From: Bacteroidales bacterium
GTDB lineage: Bacteria; Bacteroidota; Bacteroidia; Bacteroidales; VadinHA17
Length of the DNA stretch: 57,629 nucleotides
Direction of reading: 5' to 3'
Assembly: GCA_034004335.1 (NCBI GenBank)
Contig: JAVEWX010000003.1
Span: 1-57,629 of the forward strand
Shown here: positions 55,785 to 57,629 of the stretch, in pieces
How positions within the stretch are numbered: position 1 is the stretch's first letter
How the letters are laid out: every line of letters begins with the position of its first letter
Program-made: the position numbers and the translations under genes
The notes under the pieces: model-generated
What the model was told of the DNA's origin: nothing
Database searches by the model: none
The model's input: the letters and a program-made list of their open reading frames with translations, nothing else

Positions 55785-56996
55785 ATGATTTCATTAGAAA
55801 AAGTTACGGCTGTTTTTGCCGGTGCGTTTCTGCTTGCGTTATTCAGTGTTTCCGGACAGGAACGTCCGGTGACTCCGGCGGCCAGACCAGCCGTCAGATC
55901 CCAGGCCAGGATGCCTTCCCCTGAAATACACCCCGATAACCGGGTTACATTCAGGCTTTACTCCAGGAATGCTGCTGCCGTGACAGTCAGCGGTGAATGG
56001 CAGACAGGTTCACAGGCTATGACAAAAAGTGATTCCGGATTCTTCACAATTACAGTCGGACCGCTTAAGCCTGAACTATACAGTTATTCCTTTACCGTTG
56101 ACGGGTTAAGAATCACTGATCCTTCCAATATACAGGTACGTCGCGATGGATCAAGATACGAGAGCTGGTTCATCGTCCCGGGTCCGGGATCCGACCTCTA
56201 TCTCCATAAACATGATGTCCCCCACGGAACTGTCTCAAAGGTGTGGTACAGGTCAGCGGTCCTCGGAATGGACCGGAGGATGTATGTCTATACCCCTCCG
56301 GGATATGAATCGGGAAAGGGTAAGTACCCGGTTTTTTACCTTTTGCACGGAGCCGGTGGCGACGAAGATGCCTGGACAAATATGGGCAGAACCGCCCAGA
56401 TAATTGACAACCTCATTGCCCGGGGCAGGGCAAAACCCATGATCGTGGTGATGACCAATGGCAATGCCAACCAGGCGGGCGCACAGAATGATGTGCCTCC
56501 CATCCCTGCGCAGGAAATGCAGAGTCTTGAAGCATACTCAAGGTTCCCCGGAAGTTTTGAGGAGCATCTGGTGAAAGATGTGGTTACCTACATTGAAGAT
56601 AACTACAGGATTAAGGCAAATGCCGCCAGCAGGGCTATTGCGGGACTGTCAATGGGAGGAGCACATACACAGACCATTACATTTGATAACCCGACAATGT
56701 TCGGGTATATAGGCGTATTCAGCATGGGGCTTATGGACCTTCGTCAGCGCAATCAGGATGTGTCGCAGCTTGAAGGAGAAAGGCAGGCAAAGCTTGAAGC
56801 CCTGGCGAAGAGCGGCTACAAACTTTACTGGATTGGCTGCGGGAAGGATGATTTTCTTTATCAGAGTGTTGTGAATCTTCGCGGTTTTCTTGACAGGAAC
56901 AACTTCAGGTATGTCTATCGCGAGAGTGAGGGTGGACATACATGGACCAACTGGAGAATATATCTGTCGGAATTTGCACCTTTGCTCTTTAAATGA
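55785..56996 (+). CDS. Secreted esterase (CE1 / esterase D-like alpha/beta hydrolase) with N-terminal E-set/CBM48-like domain
   Basis: 403 aa with a signal peptide and an Ig-like N-domain (VTFRLYSRNAAAVTVSGEW). The esterase core has YPVFYLLHGAGGDE, the nucleophile elbow GLSMGG, and GGHTW near the C-terminus. Confidence 0.75.
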   Translation: MISLEKVTAVFAGAFLLALFSVSGQERPVTPAARPAVRSQARMPSPEIHPDNRVTFRLYSRNAAAVTVSGEWQTGSQAMTKSDSGFFTITVGPLKPELYSYSFTVDGLRITDPSNIQVRRDGSRYESWFIVPGPGSDLYLHKHDVPHGTVSKVWYRSAVLGMDRRMYVYTPPGYESGKGKYPVFYLLHGAGGDEDAWTNMGRTAQIIDNLIARGRAKPMIVVMTNGNANQAGAQNDVPPIPAQEMQSLEAYSRFPGSFEEHLVKDVVTYIEDNYRIKANAASRAIAGLSMGGAHTQTITFDNPTMFGYIGVFSMGLMDLRQRNQDVSQLEGERQAKLEALAKSGYKLYWIGCGKDDFLYQSVVNLRGFLDRNNFRYVYRESEGGHTWTNWRIYLSEFAPLLFK

Positions 56997-57139
56997 GAAA
57001 TAGTAAGTAGACCCCTGGTAATGAGTAGCTTCTACTGTCGGCATCTGGCGACGCATGTTATAACGATGGCAGACAGGTAATTACCTGGCGGTCCATTGAT
57101 ATCGGGTTCATCCATATTTTCAATGTTTTAGTGGAAGTA

Positions 57140-57485
57140 GATATGGCGGGGGTGTCTCACTGCGTGAGGCCGTCCCTTAGCTTCAGTGCTGAAAATAGAA
57201 AACAACCACTCTGCTTCGCATGGTTCTTTTGTTTTATCAGATCCCCTTAAGAAAGCAAGCTTTCTACGGGTCTCTTCAAAAACAAAAACCCCCTTTCGGG
57301 GGTGGAACATTCGGGGATGGATATGGCGGGGGTGCCTCACTGCGTGAGGCCGTCCCTTAGCTTCAGTGCTGAAAATAGAAAACAACCACCCTGCTTCGCA
57401 TGGTTCTTTTGTTTTATCAGATCCCCATAAGAAAGCAAGCTTTCTACGGGTCTCTTCAAAAACAAAAACCCCCTTTCGGGGGTGG
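57140..57485. repeat. Tandem duplication of a ~166-bp hairpin-rich non-coding element (180-bp period)
   Basis: 57140-57305 and 57320-57485 are identical except at three positions: 57155/57335, 57210/57390 and 57247/57427. Each copy contains the gcctcac-tgc-gtgaggc and ccccc-tttc-ggggg hairpins. Confidence 0.9.
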
Positions 57486-57629
57486 TTGTTTTCTGCTTTA
57501 ACGTGGAGCGTATAAGAACCGAACCTAACCTTCTACATAAACTAATAATCAGTCACTTACACCGTTTGCCAAAAACGATGGTATAAGAATTTTCCAATTT
57601 TTCTCGCCAAAACCACAAAGAACTGACTT

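Noticed and set aside
57128-57385. An 85-aa minus-strand ORF with an internally repeated peptide (FSIFSTEAKGRPHAVRHPRHI appears twice).
   Set aside because: The peptide repeat is a by-product of the 180-bp DNA tandem duplication. The ORF spans hairpins and terminator-like sequence and has no signal of being a real protein.
1-57629. Mobile elements, prophage, integrative elements, tRNA or rRNA genes.
   Set aside because: No transposase, integrase, recombinase, phage structural or conjugation signature appears in any of the listed ORFs. I saw no tRNA-like T-arm (GGTTCGAATCC-type) or rRNA-like sequence in the intergenic regions on reading. The only repeats are the local ones reported above.

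Overview
This 57.6-kb window looks like ordinary chromosome from a Bacteroidota-type genome. Supporting signs are several TAnnTTTG promoter-like boxes just upstream of start codons, a CarboxypepD_reg-type TonB-dependent receptor, many lipoproteins with a Cys lipobox, and a fused E1 alpha/beta ketoacid dehydrogenase. I saw no rRNA, tRNA, CRISPR array, transposase, integrase or phage genes.

Gene content, left to right:
- 1-4.9 kb: the 3' part of a Na+-NQR operon (nqrB tail, nqrC, D, E, F), then apbE and a convergent small Cys-rich membrane ORF.
- 5-21 kb: housekeeping genes, namely fused E1 dehydrogenase, NhaC, AlgH/YqgE, GmhB-HolA-AMP nucleosidase, an HsdR_N-domain protein overlapping a NUDIX fusion, an alpha/beta hydrolase, yedF-selD, an M20 peptidase and a BNR/Asp-box propeller protein.
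- 21.8-28.3 kb: a minus-strand run of response regulator, CPA1 antiporter fused to a cyclic-nucleotide-binding domain, YceI and a FadL-like channel.
- 28.5-33.2 kb: a TonB-dependent receptor followed by an unusual lipoprotein.
- 36-39 kb: a 1057-aa ORF (about 1031 aa from the preferred ATG at 39099) combining an HExxH protease-like domain, PD40 repeats and a beta-barrel.
- 39.4-44.9 kb: two convergent glycoside-hydrolase lipoproteins.
- 45.1-53.3 kb: an island of envelope proteins.
- 53.3-57.6 kb: a Mut7-C RNase-like gene, a MOP-type transporter, an esterase, and a non-coding tail carrying a 180-bp tandem duplication.

My best candidate for something undescribed is the 45.1-53.3 kb envelope island. 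Its 1085-aa protein has an N-terminal beta-barrel-like domain, seven Ig-like repeats and a C-terminal Cys-containing domain, which is the domain order of inverse autotransporters. Two of those repeats are almost identical at the DNA level. Divergent from it are a secreted modular protein and a tightly coupled pair of beta-barrel and IPT/Kelch lipoprotein.

Secondary leads are 11-bp-phased direct repeats in the regulator/receptor intergenic region, a possible NqrM analogue, and two unexplained intergenic repeat elements.

All functional calls come from reading motifs in the supplied translations by eye. No database search was run.
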